Source: an uncultured Spirochaetota bacterium
GTDB lineage: Bacteria; Spirochaetota; Spirochaetia; SZUA-6; Fen-1364
Direction: 5' to 3'
NCBI GenBank assembly: GCA_963734545.1
Contig: CAVTHO010000009.1
Coordinates: forward strand, 192,001-256,000
Length of the DNA stretch: 64,000 bases
The translations under genes were made by a program, and so were the position numbers. Position 1 is the first letter of the stretch. Each line of letters begins with the position of its first letter. This document shows positions 19,969-31,469 of this stretch, piece after piece. Below the pieces are notes generated by a model, which saw only the letters and a program-made list of their open reading frames with translations, was not told the DNA's origin and made no database searches.

Positions 19969-21028
19969 TCATGCGTTATCATCGCGCTTGTTCTCTTTGC
20001 CCGGCGGCGCCGCTTCGGGCACGGCCCATTTGCGGGCGGTTCGGGACAGCATCGAGATGCCTTCTTCACCGATGACCACGTTGAGGATCACCGAGGCTGC
20101 CATGACGAGCCCCTCCACGAGCTGCACCCAGTAGCCGCCGATGCCCGTGGCAACGACGCCGGCTTCCAGGGAACCTATGATGTAGGAGCCGAAGAACGTG
20201 CCCACGAGCACGCCCGTGCCACCGGCAATGGAGGTACCGCCGATGAAAACCGCGGCCATCACGGGAAGAAGCATTCCCTGTCCCTGCGTGGGGAAGAAGA
20301 CGTTGATTTCCATCGTAAGGAGAAGCCCGGCAAAAGCGGCAATCACGCCGTGCAGGGTGAAGAGCCGTATCCGGGTGGCCTCCACGTTGATACCCATCAC
20401 GCGCGCAACCTCGGCATTGTCGCCGATGAACATGATCGCCTCGCCGAACTTGTGCCTGTTGAGAATGAACCAGAAAAAGACCGTGAGCCCCAGGGCCCAG
20501 AGCGCCTGGACGGGAAAGATCCCGAAGAGCCGGCCGACGAACACCGTATGGATCGTCGTGGAGATGATCTCCTGGATGTTGATCTGGAGCCCTCCCGCGA
20601 TCAGGAGCGTGACTCCGTACCAGAAGAACTGAGCGGCCAGGGTGGCCATGATCGAGGGTACCCGCAGCCGCGCCACCAGGAGGCCGTTGACATAGCCCAC
20701 CAGCGCGCCGGCCGCGATGGCAAGAATGAAGCCGATCAGGGGCGTCGTCGGAAAGGTCTTGAACCACCAGGTGAAGACGAACCCCGCCAGTGCCACCACG
20801 GCGGGAAAGCTCAGGTCGATCTCACCTGCGGTGATGATGAAGGTGAGCCCGAGGGCGAGAACCAGCATGGGGGGCACGGTCTGAAAGAATGACATGTAGA
20901 TCCTGTAGCCGGTGAACACCGAGGGCGCGGTGAAAATGAATACCACGTACAGGACGGCGAGCACCATCCGCGATGGGCAGGCCCTCCAGCTTGCCGAGAA
21001 ACGCGAAACGAGACGTTCCTCGATTCAT
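19969..21028 (-). CDS. CUT2 ABC permease; apparent +1 frameshift near 20968
   Basis: GEIDLSF, GYVNGLLV...VPSIMATL, GDNAEVARVMGINV, AAVFIGGTSIAGGTG. Confidence 0.88.
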
Positions 21029-21815
21029 GGCTTCACCTTGTCCTTCAAGCCGTGCGAGTACTCGAGGAGGAACTCGTCCAGTTCCTTCAGGGATATTTCC
21101 GCCTTCGCGATGCTTGCCACGATCTCCCCCCTGTCGATGACGATGAAACGGTCGGAGATCTCGTAGACGTCGGTGATGTTGTGCGAGATGTAGATGCTCG
21201 CCTTTCCCGCCTCCTTGATCTTGTGCACGAAGTTCAGCACCTTCCGCACTTCCTTCAGGGAAAGCGCGACCGTAGGCTCGTCGAGGATGATGAGATCTGC
21301 CTCGAAATGCATTGCCCTGCCTATGGCCACACCCTGGCGCTCTCCCCCGGAGAGCTTGTTCGCCTTCGAATCCACGCCGATCCCCTTGCCCCGAAAACCG
21401 ATGGTGTTGACCATGATCTCGGTGGCGACCTGCTTTTCCTCTTTGACCTTCAGGAATCCGAACGGGTAGGTGATCTCCCGGCCGATGAAGAAGTTCCTCC
21501 ACATGGCCTGCTTTTCCCCGAGAGACTTGTCCTGGTAGACGGTCTCGATTCCCAGCGCGTGCGCCTTCTTCACGGTATAGGAGCGCGTGTCGACCTTCTG
21601 ATCCGCGATGTAAAGATCCCCGCTGGTGGGCGGGAAGACCCCGGTGAGAATCTTGACCAGCGTGGACTTTGCCGGCGCCGTTGTCGCCGATGAGCCCGAC
21701 GATTTCATTGTGACCGACCTCGAAATTGATGTTCTTTCAGCGCGCACACCGATCCGAAGTACTTCTCGATGTTGACCATGCGCAGCGCGGTGCGCTGCTG
21801 GGGAGGTTCAGCCAC
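21025..21815 (-). CDS. CUT2 ABC ATP-binding protein; apparent +1 frameshifts near 21736 and 21668
   Basis: Joined reading IEKYFGSVCALKNINF...GLIGDNGAGKSTLVK, LSGGERQ, IILDEPT, YISH. Confidence 0.88.
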
Positions 21816-22052
21816 GAATCGATCTCCTTTCATGCGGTCCCGCCTGATGAGCACAGTGGCGACCCGTGACAAGAAAAAGGTACAGCCTATGCCTATCGAC
21901 TGGGCGCATGATAACATGCGAGCATTGACTTTGCAACATTTTTTTCAAGAACTCTTGGGCCGCAGCATGTATCATATCAGATATTCTGGCCTGATTTGAC
22001 AATCCGAGCAGCAATGGGGAAAGAAAAGCAAATCCGGAGGGAATTATAAGCT

Positions 22053-22090
22053 TTGACTTTCTGCCAGGGATAAGGTACAACTTGTATCAT
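22053..22090 (+). promoter_or_regulatory. Promoter with overlapping GntR/AraR-type operator
   Basis: TTGACT-N17-TACAAC; the imperfect palindrome GGTACAA-C-TTGTATC covers the -10 region, within an AT-rich divergent intergenic region. Confidence 0.55.
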
Positions 22091-22104
22091 CAGGAAACTG
22101 AAGG

Positions 22105-23220
22105 ATGAAGAAGCATCAGGTCATAGAAACCTGGATCAGGAACAGGATCGACGAGGGAGTCCTTGTTCCCGGAGAGAAGCTTCCGTCAGAGAGCCAGCTC
22201 TGCGCCCAGTTCGGGGTCTCCCGAAACGCTGTGCGGCAGGCAATTCGCAATCTCATCCACGAGGGGCTCGTTGAAAGCACCAAGGGCGTCGGCACATTCT
22301 GCCGCACCCGGCGTCCCGCGTCGCCGCTGTCTGCGAATATCGGGCTGGTCGAGTTTTTCATAAGCTCCTACATCTACCCGGAGATCATTCGCGGCTGCTA
22401 CAACACGCTTTCGCGCAAGGGGTTCGCCCTTCTGCTCAATCAGTCCGAGTACAACCTCGAGCAGGAACGGGCAATCCTCCAGGATCTGCGGAAAAAAAAG
22501 GTCGGGGGAATCATCATCGCTCCCATCTATGGCGCGGGGGACCGCTCCAATGCTCTCCTGCTGGAGGAGATCCAGAACGAGGGCACCGCGGTGGTCCTCT
22601 GCGATGATTATTTCCCCGGCAGGAATTTCAGCAGCGTCACTCTCGACTATTGCACGTGCGGGGAGGAAGCCGCGGCCCACTTGTGGAAAAAGGGGCATCG
22701 GAAGATCGGCATCTTCTACCAGAAGGATTTCCTGGTCAAGGCGAACAGGATGAAAGGCGTGCTGGATTTTCTCGGGAGGCAGGAGGCTCCGGTACGGGCC
22801 GCCTGGATCGTGGGGTTCAACGGGCAGGGCCCGACGAGCCAGGCTTCTGCCGCGGCGGAGCGGTTCCTGAAGGGAGCAAAGGAGCTTCCCAGCGCGTTCG
22901 TCTGCGGCAATGACGAGGACGCCCTGCATCTCATCGAGGTTGCCGAAAGGCAGGGCATCCGGGTGCCGGGAGATCTCTCAGTCGTGGGATTCGATAATTC
23001 GGACATTGCGCAGCTGGAGAAGATCTCCCTGACCTCGGTCGATCACCCCAGCTTCGAGATCGGTGAGAAGGCGGCGAACATCCTCCTCGACAAGATATTC
23101 CACCCGGAGATCCGGTTCGTCACGCACACCATCATCACCCCGCACCTGGTGGAACGCAGCTCCGTGCGCAACCTTGTGCCCGCGGCCCCCATTCCACCGA
23201 GCACCCTCCTGCAGCGCTAA
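22105..23220 (+). CDS. AraR-like regulator (GntR HTH fused to a LacI-type sensor domain)
   Basis: GEKLPSESQLCAQFGVSRNAVRQA...GVGTF; ISSYIYPEIIRG, AFVCGNDE, VPGDLSVVGFD, LTSVDHP. Confidence 0.9.
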   Translation: MKKHQVIETWIRNRIDEGVLVPGEKLPSESQLCAQFGVSRNAVRQAIRNLIHEGLVESTKGVGTFCRTRRPASPLSANIGLVEFFISSYIYPEIIRGCYNTLSRKGFALLLNQSEYNLEQERAILQDLRKKKVGGIIIAPIYGAGDRSNALLLEEIQNEGTAVVLCDDYFPGRNFSSVTLDYCTCGEEAAAHLWKKGHRKIGIFYQKDFLVKANRMKGVLDFLGRQEAPVRAAWIVGFNGQGPTSQASAAAERFLKGAKELPSAFVCGNDEDALHLIEVAERQGIRVPGDLSVVGFDNSDIAQLEKISLTSVDHPSFEIGEKAANILLDKIFHPEIRFVTHTIITPHLVERSSVRNLVPAAPIPPSTLLQR

Positions 23221-23312
23221 CAAGCGCCACGCGTAGCGTGGCAGCCACGCGCGCCTTTTGCAGCGCCAGTCGTGCCATTCACCGATTAAGACACCGGGCG
23301 AAGCGCAGTGAT

Positions 23313-26300
23313 TCATACGAGCTTTCTTTCCCGCGCTTCCTCCATGATCATGCGGTTCCACCTGTTGCGCCAGAGGAAGGAGCTCCTTTCCGCGGGAGCG
23401 TCGATCCTGCTCGCGCGTTCCTGCAGGCTCTTCAGGGATTTGCTCAGCACCGTCATCTTGTCGTCCACCTCCTCGGAGCCTGCTTCGGGCAGGACCCGGG
23501 AGTACAGATAGTTGAACCAGTAGACCGCCGGGTCCACCTCGAGAGACTTCTCTCCCCGGGTGAGCTGGTGCAGCTCGCCGATGCCTTCCTGCCGGAACCC
23601 CCGCATGCCCAGAAGATAGGCGCGCAGCCCGGACAGGATGCGGCGCAGGAACGCGTCTCCCCGGCTGAGCCGGAAGCACCTGCCCTCGACCGCGGTGAAC
23701 CCGTCCCGCCAAGGCACGCCTTCCGGTGAGGGATAGCGAACAGACCAGGGAAGCGCGAGTCCCCTTTCGACGTAGAGAGACGCGTTCTCCAGGCTTTCTG
23801 AAAAAAGGGCGCTTTCCGCCAGGAAGAGGAGCACCTCCCTTGTCTGGGAGAGGCTCTCCAGGAGCCGGGTTCCCGAGCGCAGGTCTCCGCTGTGAACGAG
23901 TGCCCTGCCCAGCCACGCGCGCAGGACGGGTACGGCGGTTTCCGCCGTATAGAGCGTAGCGAGGCACAGGCAGGTCTGCAGACACAGGGAGCAGGAGTCA
24001 TAGGATCCCACCTGGAACTCGGTCCTGGCCTTGAGGAAGAGCAGAAACAGCTCCAGCTCCCGCCGATACGTCTCGCGCGCCATTTGCAGGCCCTGGTCGA
24101 TCGCGGCAAGGCACTGCGTGTAGCGGCCGTCTACAAACAGGCAGTCCGCAAGGTAGACGGCCGTCCACAGGGCGCCTGGGGCGTCTCCGGCCTCGTGGCA
24201 GAGTCTTTGGGAGAGCCCCAGGTACTCCACGGCCTCTCCCAGCCGTCCCTCGGCCAGCATGGCGGCGCCCAGCCAGAGGTAGCAGGCGCGCTCGCCTCTC
24301 TCCGCCGTCGGAGTCTCCGGGCTCGCCTCCCGGGTCTCCTGGTAGAGAAGCATCCCGCGCTTCAGCTCATCCAGGGCAGCCACGGCATTGCCCGGTGAAA
24401 AGAAAGAACTTGGCCCGTTCGATGGAGACTTCCCCGGCGAGCGTGCCCAGGGCACCCCCCGCCATGCCCTTCTGCGCCTCGGCCTGCGCCCCGTCCGCGG
24501 CGTCCTGTTCCTCCTCCATCAGTGCGGCGCGAAGCCGGCCGATTGCGGTCACGGCCGCGAGCCGCCGGGCCTGTTCGGGCGCCGGGGCGACCGCGAAATC
24601 CAGCGAGCGCGGCTCGCAGAAGGTCCGGGCGCCTGCCGCATCGTTCTCATCCAGCTTGCGCCGGATTATCTCCGGCAGGACGCCGAGGGCCAGGTCCGTC
24701 TTTCCGCTTCGCGCCAGGAAGGTGAAAAGGAGCACAGGGTGCCGATACTTCCCGGTCGTCCAGAGGGAGATCAGGTGCGCAATGAAGCGCTCCCGCAGAC
24801 CAGCGCCCTCTGCGCCGAGAAGCTCCTCCAGCTTCCGCCGAATGGCGGGGAAACGCGGAATGAGCGAGGTTTCCTCCGCGAGCAGCCCCGAAAGCTGAAG
24901 ACTGGAGAGGGACCTCTCTGCGGCGGCGAGCTCGAATCCCGCCCCTGCCAGGAAAGAGAGGAACCCCTGCCGGTCCAGCAGGCCGCCGGCGAGGTACAGC
25001 GCGTACAGGAGCTGGAAGGTGTCATCATGCTGGGTGCGTATGAGGTACCAGGAAACGGAGAGCGGGTTGGCAGGCAGCGGGGCCTCCTCGTCCGCCGCCT
25101 GAATCCACTCGTTGCGGCCGCCATCCGCGCGGATCCGTCCCGTCTTCCAGAGATACTGAAGGTAGGAAACCACCGTGACGTACAGACCGCCGGAACGGCT
25201 TCGCACGCGGCGTGCCACAGACTCCGGGATTTCCAGGCCGGGGAACAGATGCCGCGCCAGGGAGCGGATGTCGCGCTTGCCGAGCGGATGAACGTAGAGG
25301 GGGCGCAGATCGAACGCGGCCAGCTCCTCCGGTGGATTTTTCTCCACGCTGGAGAGCAGGGGGAGGAAGCCGGGCCTGAGGAGAAGATCGTCGAACAGGC
25401 GCGCCAGGACCGCGCGCGCCGCGGGATGATACGATTCGACCCCGTCGCACACGAGGACCGCGGGCAGGAACTTCTCTTCCGCCATCCGCGTCCATGCAAG
25501 GAGGTAGAGGCGGAAGCCGAGGCTGAAATCTTCCAGGATATGATCGGGAAGCAGCCTCGACTCTCCCGCGCGTTCCGGTCCCTCGATGGCCTGCAGCCAG
25601 ACGAGCAGGCGGCCGACCTCGTCCCAGACCGCGCGTTCGGGCCCGTGAAGGAAACGGGGAACCTCGGCGAGCGTGGCGGGCAGCAGGGCGCCGAGAAACG
25701 GGTGCAGCGGCGAGCGCCTCTTGAAGAGAGTGCGCATGCGCAGGATGGGAGGCTCGCGGCTGCCGCGAAGGAGTCGCGAGGCGAGCTCGGCAAGCAGGGC
25801 GGTCTTCCCCACGCCGGGGGGCCCGTGCGCCAGGAGGATTTCCCGGGACTCACCCGTGTTGAGCCGGGGCGAGATGATGTCCAGCGCCCGGCCGACCAGG
25901 GCCTCCCGGATCCACGGCCGCGGCGAATGGACGGTCCGGGCAGGCGCCTCCCGAGGCCTCACCTGGCCGGTGGCGCGGTAAAGGGACCCGGCCTTCACCG
26001 TCGAAAGGGCATCTGCAAAAAGGAGCACACACTCGGGAGCCAGCCATACCTGCTCGTCGGCATCCGCCTCCTCCAGGAGCTCCCTGATCCGGGAAGAAAG
26101 CTCGTGCCCTCCCAGGGGGGGAAAGGAAGCCAGAAGGATTGCGAAGCCGAACAACTCCTCGCGCCGCGAGGAAAGGAACTCCTTTACCCTCCACGCGGCG
26201 GAGGAGGCGGCCGTGATGTCGAGATCCGGCTCTTCACCGAGCTCCGCCATCCAGGCCTTCTGGCCGGCTTCGGCGAACGGGGCGGCGCGCGGCCCGAGCA

Positions 26301-26409
26301 TGGCCGCGAGCCCTTCCTCCACCACCGGGAGGCTGCCCGCGCGCAACCGCACGAGTTGCCGATAATTGCGCAACTCTGCGATAATGTATACCATATGGGC
26401 ATTATTCAT
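23313..26409 (-). CDS. Large P-loop NTPase with C-terminal TPR-like helices (STAND-like); apparent +1 frameshift near 24392
   Basis: HGPPGVGKT, AVLVCDGVESY, RSGGLY helical motif; about 1030 aa when ORFs 24367-26421 and 23313-24455 are joined. Confidence 0.7.
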
Positions 26410-26438
26410 GAATGAGCGCACGGTGTGAAGGGGAATAG

Positions 26439-27005
26439 ATGGAGTCCGGTGAGTCTCTCGAGTTGAACGGAAAGCAGAGCAGGACCGTCCGGCTGAAAGT
26501 GAGCCCGAAAGCCGATTTTCGGGACGTGCTGCGCACCCTCGGAGAAATCAGCATACCGACCACACGAGTGAGCGACGAGAATATCCGGTTCGCCATCCTC
26601 GAGCTTCTCAATAATTCGATCCGCGCCCACCGGGAAAAGGGCGAGGCACGCGACATCTGCCTCGACCTGACCGTCTCCGGCGGGAGGCTCGTGATCGCCA
26701 TTCGTGACTTCGGCGGCGGTTTCGATCCCGAGAAGCTTCCGTACAACTTGCATGCGGATGCGGCCACCCTCGACCTGCGCTCCCGCGCGTTCGAAGAGTA
26801 CCAGAAGGCCAACGGCTACAAACGATTCGGGATGGGGATCTACGTGGCAAAGAAAACCTTCGAGGACTTCCGACTGGTTTTTCTGGACGGGATGGACAGG
26901 CCTGCCGCCTGGATGCCCGGCAGGGTCATCGGGACCCTCATCACCCTGTCAGTGAGAATGGATGCGGGCCAGCCCGCAGAGTTAGGAGCCGCCAGTGGGC
27001 GCTGA
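26439..27005 (+). CDS. RsbW-like HATPase (anti-sigma/Ser kinase-type) protein
   Basis: FAILELLNNSIRAH, IRDFGGGFDP, RFGMGIYVAK. Confidence 0.75.
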   Translation: MESGESLELNGKQSRTVRLKVSPKADFRDVLRTLGEISIPTTRVSDENIRFAILELLNNSIRAHREKGEARDICLDLTVSGGRLVIAIRDFGGGFDPEKLPYNLHADAATLDLRSRAFEEYQKANGYKRFGMGIYVAKKTFEDFRLVFLDGMDRPAAWMPGRVIGTLITLSVRMDAGQPAELGAASGR

Positions 27006-27336
27006 ACAGAGACAGCAGCCGAGGGTTTCCGGCTACGCCAAGGCGCTTCTCGTCGGGCCGAACACCCCCGGCTACATCAGGGACTTGAGCCGCACGGGCT
27101 GCCAGGTGGCGTTCGTGCAGGCCGTCGACGCGGCTGCCGGAGATCTCATCAAGGTACGCGTGATCGACGAGCACGACCCCGCCGTCCCTGAGTTCCAGAT
27201 CAGCATTCGCGTGCGCAGAATCAAGCCGGACGCGCTCTGGTGCGTGCTGGGCGGGGAGATAGAATCCGTCAGCGGCAACGAGGACCAGCGCGTCTTCGAA
27301 AAGCTCGTGGATTACTACGCGGGGGCAGGAGCCTAG
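26995..27336 (+). CDS. Stand-alone PilZ-domain protein
   Basis: RQQPR (RxxxR) and DLSRTG (DxSxxG) c-di-GMP-binding motifs. Confidence 0.82.
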   Translation: MGAEQRQQPRVSGYAKALLVGPNTPGYIRDLSRTGCQVAFVQAVDAAAGDLIKVRVIDEHDPAVPEFQISIRVRRIKPDALWCVLGGEIESVSGNEDQRVFEKLVDYYAGAGA

Positions 27337-27376
27337 GCAGGGATGCCTACCGCGCCGAACGGGTGCGGCCTGCGGC

Positions 27377-27886
27377 CTACCAGTGATCCTTTCCCGATAT
27401 CTGCTTGAGGGGCTTGCGCGGAGTGGGGTCCGGCACCGAGTCAGGGTGCCCCGCCAGGATGACCAGAACCACGCGCATGGAGAAGGGGATCGAGAGAAGG
27501 TCGCACACCTCCTGCTCATCGAAGGTGGTGATGCAGCAGGTCCCGAGCCCTTCGTGAACGGCCTGCAGGACCATGTGCGAGGCCGCGAACGCGAGATCGA
27601 TCGGGTAGGAAAGCTGGCCGTTGGGCATGTGGTAGTCGATATTCGTGGTGCACACGGCGATGATCAGGGGCGCCTGGCCCACATAGTCCTGGCCAAAGGC
27701 GGCCTCCATCATTTTCTGCCGCGTCTCCTTCTTCTGGATGGCGACGAACCGCCACTCCTGCCTGTTTTTCGCGGAAGGGGCGAGACGGCCTGCCTCGAGA
27801 ATGCGCTCCACCTGCTCTTTTTCCACGGGCTGGGACGTAAAGGATCTTATGCTTCTCCGCTGGAGGATTTCAGGCAGGATTTCCAT
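27377..27886 (-). CDS. Nitroreductase family protein
   Basis: RRSIRSF, APSAKNRQEWRF, AVHEGLGTC. Confidence 0.92.
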   Translation of the reverse strand: MEILPEILQRRSIRSFTSQPVEKEQVERILEAGRLAPSAKNRQEWRFVAIQKKETRQKMMEAAFGQDYVGQAPLIIAVCTTNIDYHMPNGQLSYPIDLAFAASHMVLQAVHEGLGTCCITTFDEQEVCDLLSIPFSMRVVLVILAGHPDSVPDPTPRKPLKQISGKDHW

Positions 27887-27930
27887 GTGTTCTGCAAAAT
27901 CGTAGTGAAATTCAATCCGATTTGCAAGGT

Positions 27931-27980
27931 CGCCTGTGTCCGTCCCTGGACTCGGCGTCCCTCGACATCCTGTCTACGGG
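27931..27980 (-). repeat. Copy of the GGA-loop repeat family between divergent promoters
   Basis: Minus strand cccgtag-acAGGATgtc-gagggacgccga-gtccAGGGACggac-acaggcg aligns with 60340-60391. Confidence 0.7.
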
Positions 27981-28038
27981 TCGGCGATTCTCAGGCTCGA
28001 TTGACGCCCGCACACCCTTCTCCTATGCTGGAATATGC

Positions 28039-30260
28039 ATGAAGCGATTCCTCGGTCTGGCGGCTCTGTTATGCATGATGCAGGGAGCGCTCGTTGCAGG
28101 GGCGGACCCCGCGGCCCCCTCCGCCCGACTCCCGGAAGAGGTTCTGGCTGTCTCCCGTTTCTTTCCCCGGCCGGAAGGCTCGCGGATGGAGAAAGACCTG
28201 GTCACCTGGATCGAAACGCGTCTCTCGTCCCTCGGGGTCGCTTTCATCCCGTTCGATTTCGGCCGATCGGATTTCCAGCACTCCTTCTCCTCCTGCATCA
28301 GGGTGGATATTCCCGGCGCAGTCCGTGATACGCTCATACTCGCCGTGCCGCTCAACAGCCCGCCGGATGCGGAGAGAGGAAGAGACGGGTCCATCAACGT
28401 GGCCCTCGCCCTCGACCTCATTGCCCAGGTGAAAAACAGGCAGCCACCCGTCAGCCTCACGGTTCTTTTCCTCGGTGCCGAGTACGGAGACACGAGCGCG
28501 TATCCGATGGGCAGCACCCTCTTCCTCCGTGATTTCCAGCCGGATTATCGGGCCGCCGTCCTTTACCTGAATTTTCGCGCCGTGCCGTCACGGGTGCTCG
28601 TGCGCGGCGGGGGCAGGGGAATCGTCTCTCCCTATTGGCTGATGAACAGGTGTGTGGACGCCCTGCGGGGAGCACGGATCCCCTTCCGCCTTCCGGGGGA
28701 AGAAATACAGATATTCCGCATGGGCACGACAGGCGAGCATACCGCCATCGAGCCCTATCTCAAGGCCGGCTACCCGTCCGTCGGGCTGGAAGGAGAGAAC
28801 GGCGAGATCGCGTCGCTGAACGAATCCGAATGGCTTCTCTCCTTTTCATCATTCCTGCGGGGCATCATAGCAGCAAACTCCACCGGTATTCCCGAGGAGT
28901 GGGACCGGCACTACCTGCTCCTGCAGGCGGGCGGGATCTCCCTCATCATCGGTGAGAAACTGAATCTCTCGATCCTCCTGGGAACGCTGGCTGCCACCCT
29001 CCTCTTTTCCCTCGCGTTTCGCAGGGGCCTCAAGAAGTACCAGCGCACCCTGGCAAGGAATATCCCCTCGATCATCCCCCTGGCAGGCCTGGCGTTCCTG
29101 TTCCTGGTGGCGGGCACATACGCCCTCAAGGGGATCCTTTCCGTGCGCGGCTTTTCCATCCTCTGGACGTATGTGCCGCTGGAGTTCCTTGCTCTCAAGG
29201 TCTGCATCGCCCTTTTCCTGTACGCGGCGCTGTACAATGTCATGCGCAGGCTGCCGTTCCCGCGCAACGGCAGCTTCTACTCCGCGGCGGCCGTCTTCTT
29301 CCTGCTCATCGACATCGGGGTGGTCGCGGTCTTCAATATCTCGTTCACCTACTATTTCCTCTGGGCGTTCATATTCGTGTTCCTCTCCACGCTCGTCCGC
29401 AATCGATACATGAAAGCTCTGTTTTTTTTACCCGCTCCGGTCTGGGCTCTTCGCGGGCTGATAACCGTTTTCCAGGCGCCGGCGCTCCCCTTCTGCCACT
29501 TTCTCCTTCTCTCCCCTCTCTGGGGAAACCTCCTGGCCGCGGCCGTGAGCCTGCCGATCATCCTGATGGTGCTGCGGTTGGGCCTGCTTTTTCCCGGGCA
29601 AGGGGATCATGCGCCGCAGGGTGCGGGAGTTGGGATTGGCCGGCATCCTGCTTGTCACCGGCAGCGCGCTGGCCGTTCATCTTGCCACCTTCTCTCCCTT
29701 TTCCGACTCCCGGCCGCAGCCGCTTGTCGCCACGCAGACCATCCGGGTGGCCGCCACGGGAGAAACAGAATCCACCTCGCTGGACATAACGAGCCCGGCG
29801 CCGCTGGGGTCGCTTTCCATCTCGGACTCGAGAGGGGCGCGTGCCGTCTATCCAGCCGGTACCGCGGTCCGCTACTCGCTCCCGCTGGTCGCCTCGCCGC
29901 TCCAGATCGCGCAGGACTCGAGCGAGTTCCTTCAGCAACGCAACATCCTGCTTCGCGTCCAGATGCCGTCCAGCCCCCGGCAGCGTCGTCGTGACGCTCA
30001 CCTCGGAGGATGATTTCATCCTTTTCGACAGCTCGTACCCTCCCGTCCGGGAGAGCCCGCGCCAATACCGGCTGCTCATCGGCGCTTTCCCGCCGAATCC
30101 CCTGCCGCTGCAGCTCACTCTTCCTTCGGGCGGGGCATTCACGCTCACCCTGACCGCGGAGTTCGACGCGCCCCTGATCGGGGCGGCGGTCGGTGCGGGT
30201 CCCGAGATGCGGGTGAGCACGCGCGTGCGGGTAGTGCGAAGCCTGGGGGTGAAGACATGA
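28039..30260 (+). CDS. Multi-pass membrane protein with a degenerate M28 peptidase-like domain; apparent +1 frameshifts near 29596 and 29978
   Basis: Signal peptide, PRPEGS, LILAVPLNS, LFLGAEYG, MGSTLF, YLKAGYPSV, about 9 TM segments, soluble C-terminal domain; ATGA overlap with dinB. Confidence 0.65.
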
Positions 30261-31469
30261 GCGGCGATCCGCCCCGCCCCGTCGTCTTCCACGTGGACCT
30301 GGATGCGTTCTACGCCTCCGTGGAGCAGAGGGACAACCCCTCCCTGGCCGGGCAAGCCCGTCATCGTCGGCGCCGCCCCCGGACACCGCGGCGTGGTCTC
30401 CGCCTGTTCCTACGAGGCGCGTCGCTTCGGAATCCATTCTGCCATGCCTATCTCGCAGGCGTACCGGCGCTGTCCTCAGGGAGTCTACCTGCCGGTGCGC
30501 ATGGAGCGCTACCTCGAGGTTTCCCGCGACGTCATGGCCATACTCGCCGGATACACGCCCCACATGCAGCAGATCTCGGTGGACGAGGCATTCCTCGACC
30601 TCACGGGCACCGAGCGGCTGTTCGGGCCCCCGAGGGAGACGGCCGCGCGGCTGAAGGCCGAGGTGCGTGAAAAGACGGGTCTCGCCATTTCCGTGGGCAT
30701 CGGGCCGAACAAATACCTGGCAAAGCTCGCCACGAACGCGGGCAAACCGGACGGCCTGGTGGAAGTCAGCGCGGAGAATGCCGAAGCGTTCCTGGACAGT
30801 GTGCCGCTGAAGGACCTGTGGGGAATCGGAGAGAAGACGCTGCAACGCCTCACCGAGCTGAACATCACCGCCGTCCGTCAGCTCCGCGGACTACCGGAGC
30901 CCGAGCTCGCCCGGCTGCTGGGAGCGGGAGCCGCCGGCTTTCTCTCCACGGTCTCCCGCGGCGCGGACCCGGGCATCTTCTCCGAGGAGCCGCGCAGCAG
31001 GTCGCTGTCCAGCGAGACCACGTTCGAGAGGGACAGGAAGGACAGGGCGGGAATCGAGCGGATACTGCTCGAGCTGTGTCACCAGGTCATGTTCCGCATG
31101 ATCGAAGAATCCTGGAAATCGAAAACCCCCAACCTGAAGCTCAGGTTCCACGACTTCACCACGGTGAGCGCGCAGAAGACGTTGAAGCACTGGGTGTCTT
31201 CCGCGGAAGAGCTCTACGCGGTGGCGCTGGAGCTCCTCGCATCGCGCTGGAGCGGTGGTACCCCCATACGGCTGATAGGGATCGGGTTTTCAAATCTCTC
31301 CCCCGTGGAGGCGCAGGAGCAGCTCGAGCTTTTCACGGATGAGTTCTCCAGACAGAAAAAGGTGGAAGAAGCCGTCTTTCGCCTCCGCCGCAAGCTGGGC
31401 GACGTGCCGCTCACCAAGGCGAGCCTGATGAAAGGCGAGCTGCGAAAGAAGCCCCCTACCACCCCTTGA
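30257..31469 (+). CDS. dinB: DNA polymerase IV; apparent +1 frameshift near 30350
   Basis: FHVDLDAFYASVEQRDNP, SACSYEARRFGIHSAMP, SVDEAFLD, NKYLAKLA, LWGIGEKT, IRLIGIG. Confidence 0.93.

Noticed and set aside
21840-22100. AT-rich segment as a foreign DNA or small-RNA locus
   Set aside because: Explained by divergent promoters and an operator between the ABC operon and its regulator.
23313-26409. Avs-type antiphage STAND defence system
   Set aside because: No recognisable nuclease, SIR2, TIR or protease effector, and the context is housekeeping rather than a defence island; kept only as a signalling candidate.
24388-26415. Long antisense ORFs (24388-26415 +, 5397-7235 +, 52213-54222 +, 848-2131 +, 63092-63862 - and others)
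   Set aside because: Shadow frames opposite well-supported genes in high-GC DNA; no recognisable motifs or initiation signals.
30257-30400. Programmed frameshifting or phase variation in dinB and other split genes
   Set aside because: No slippery heptamers or long homopolymers at most sites, and the breaks are scattered across unrelated housekeeping genes; sequencing error is more parsimonious.
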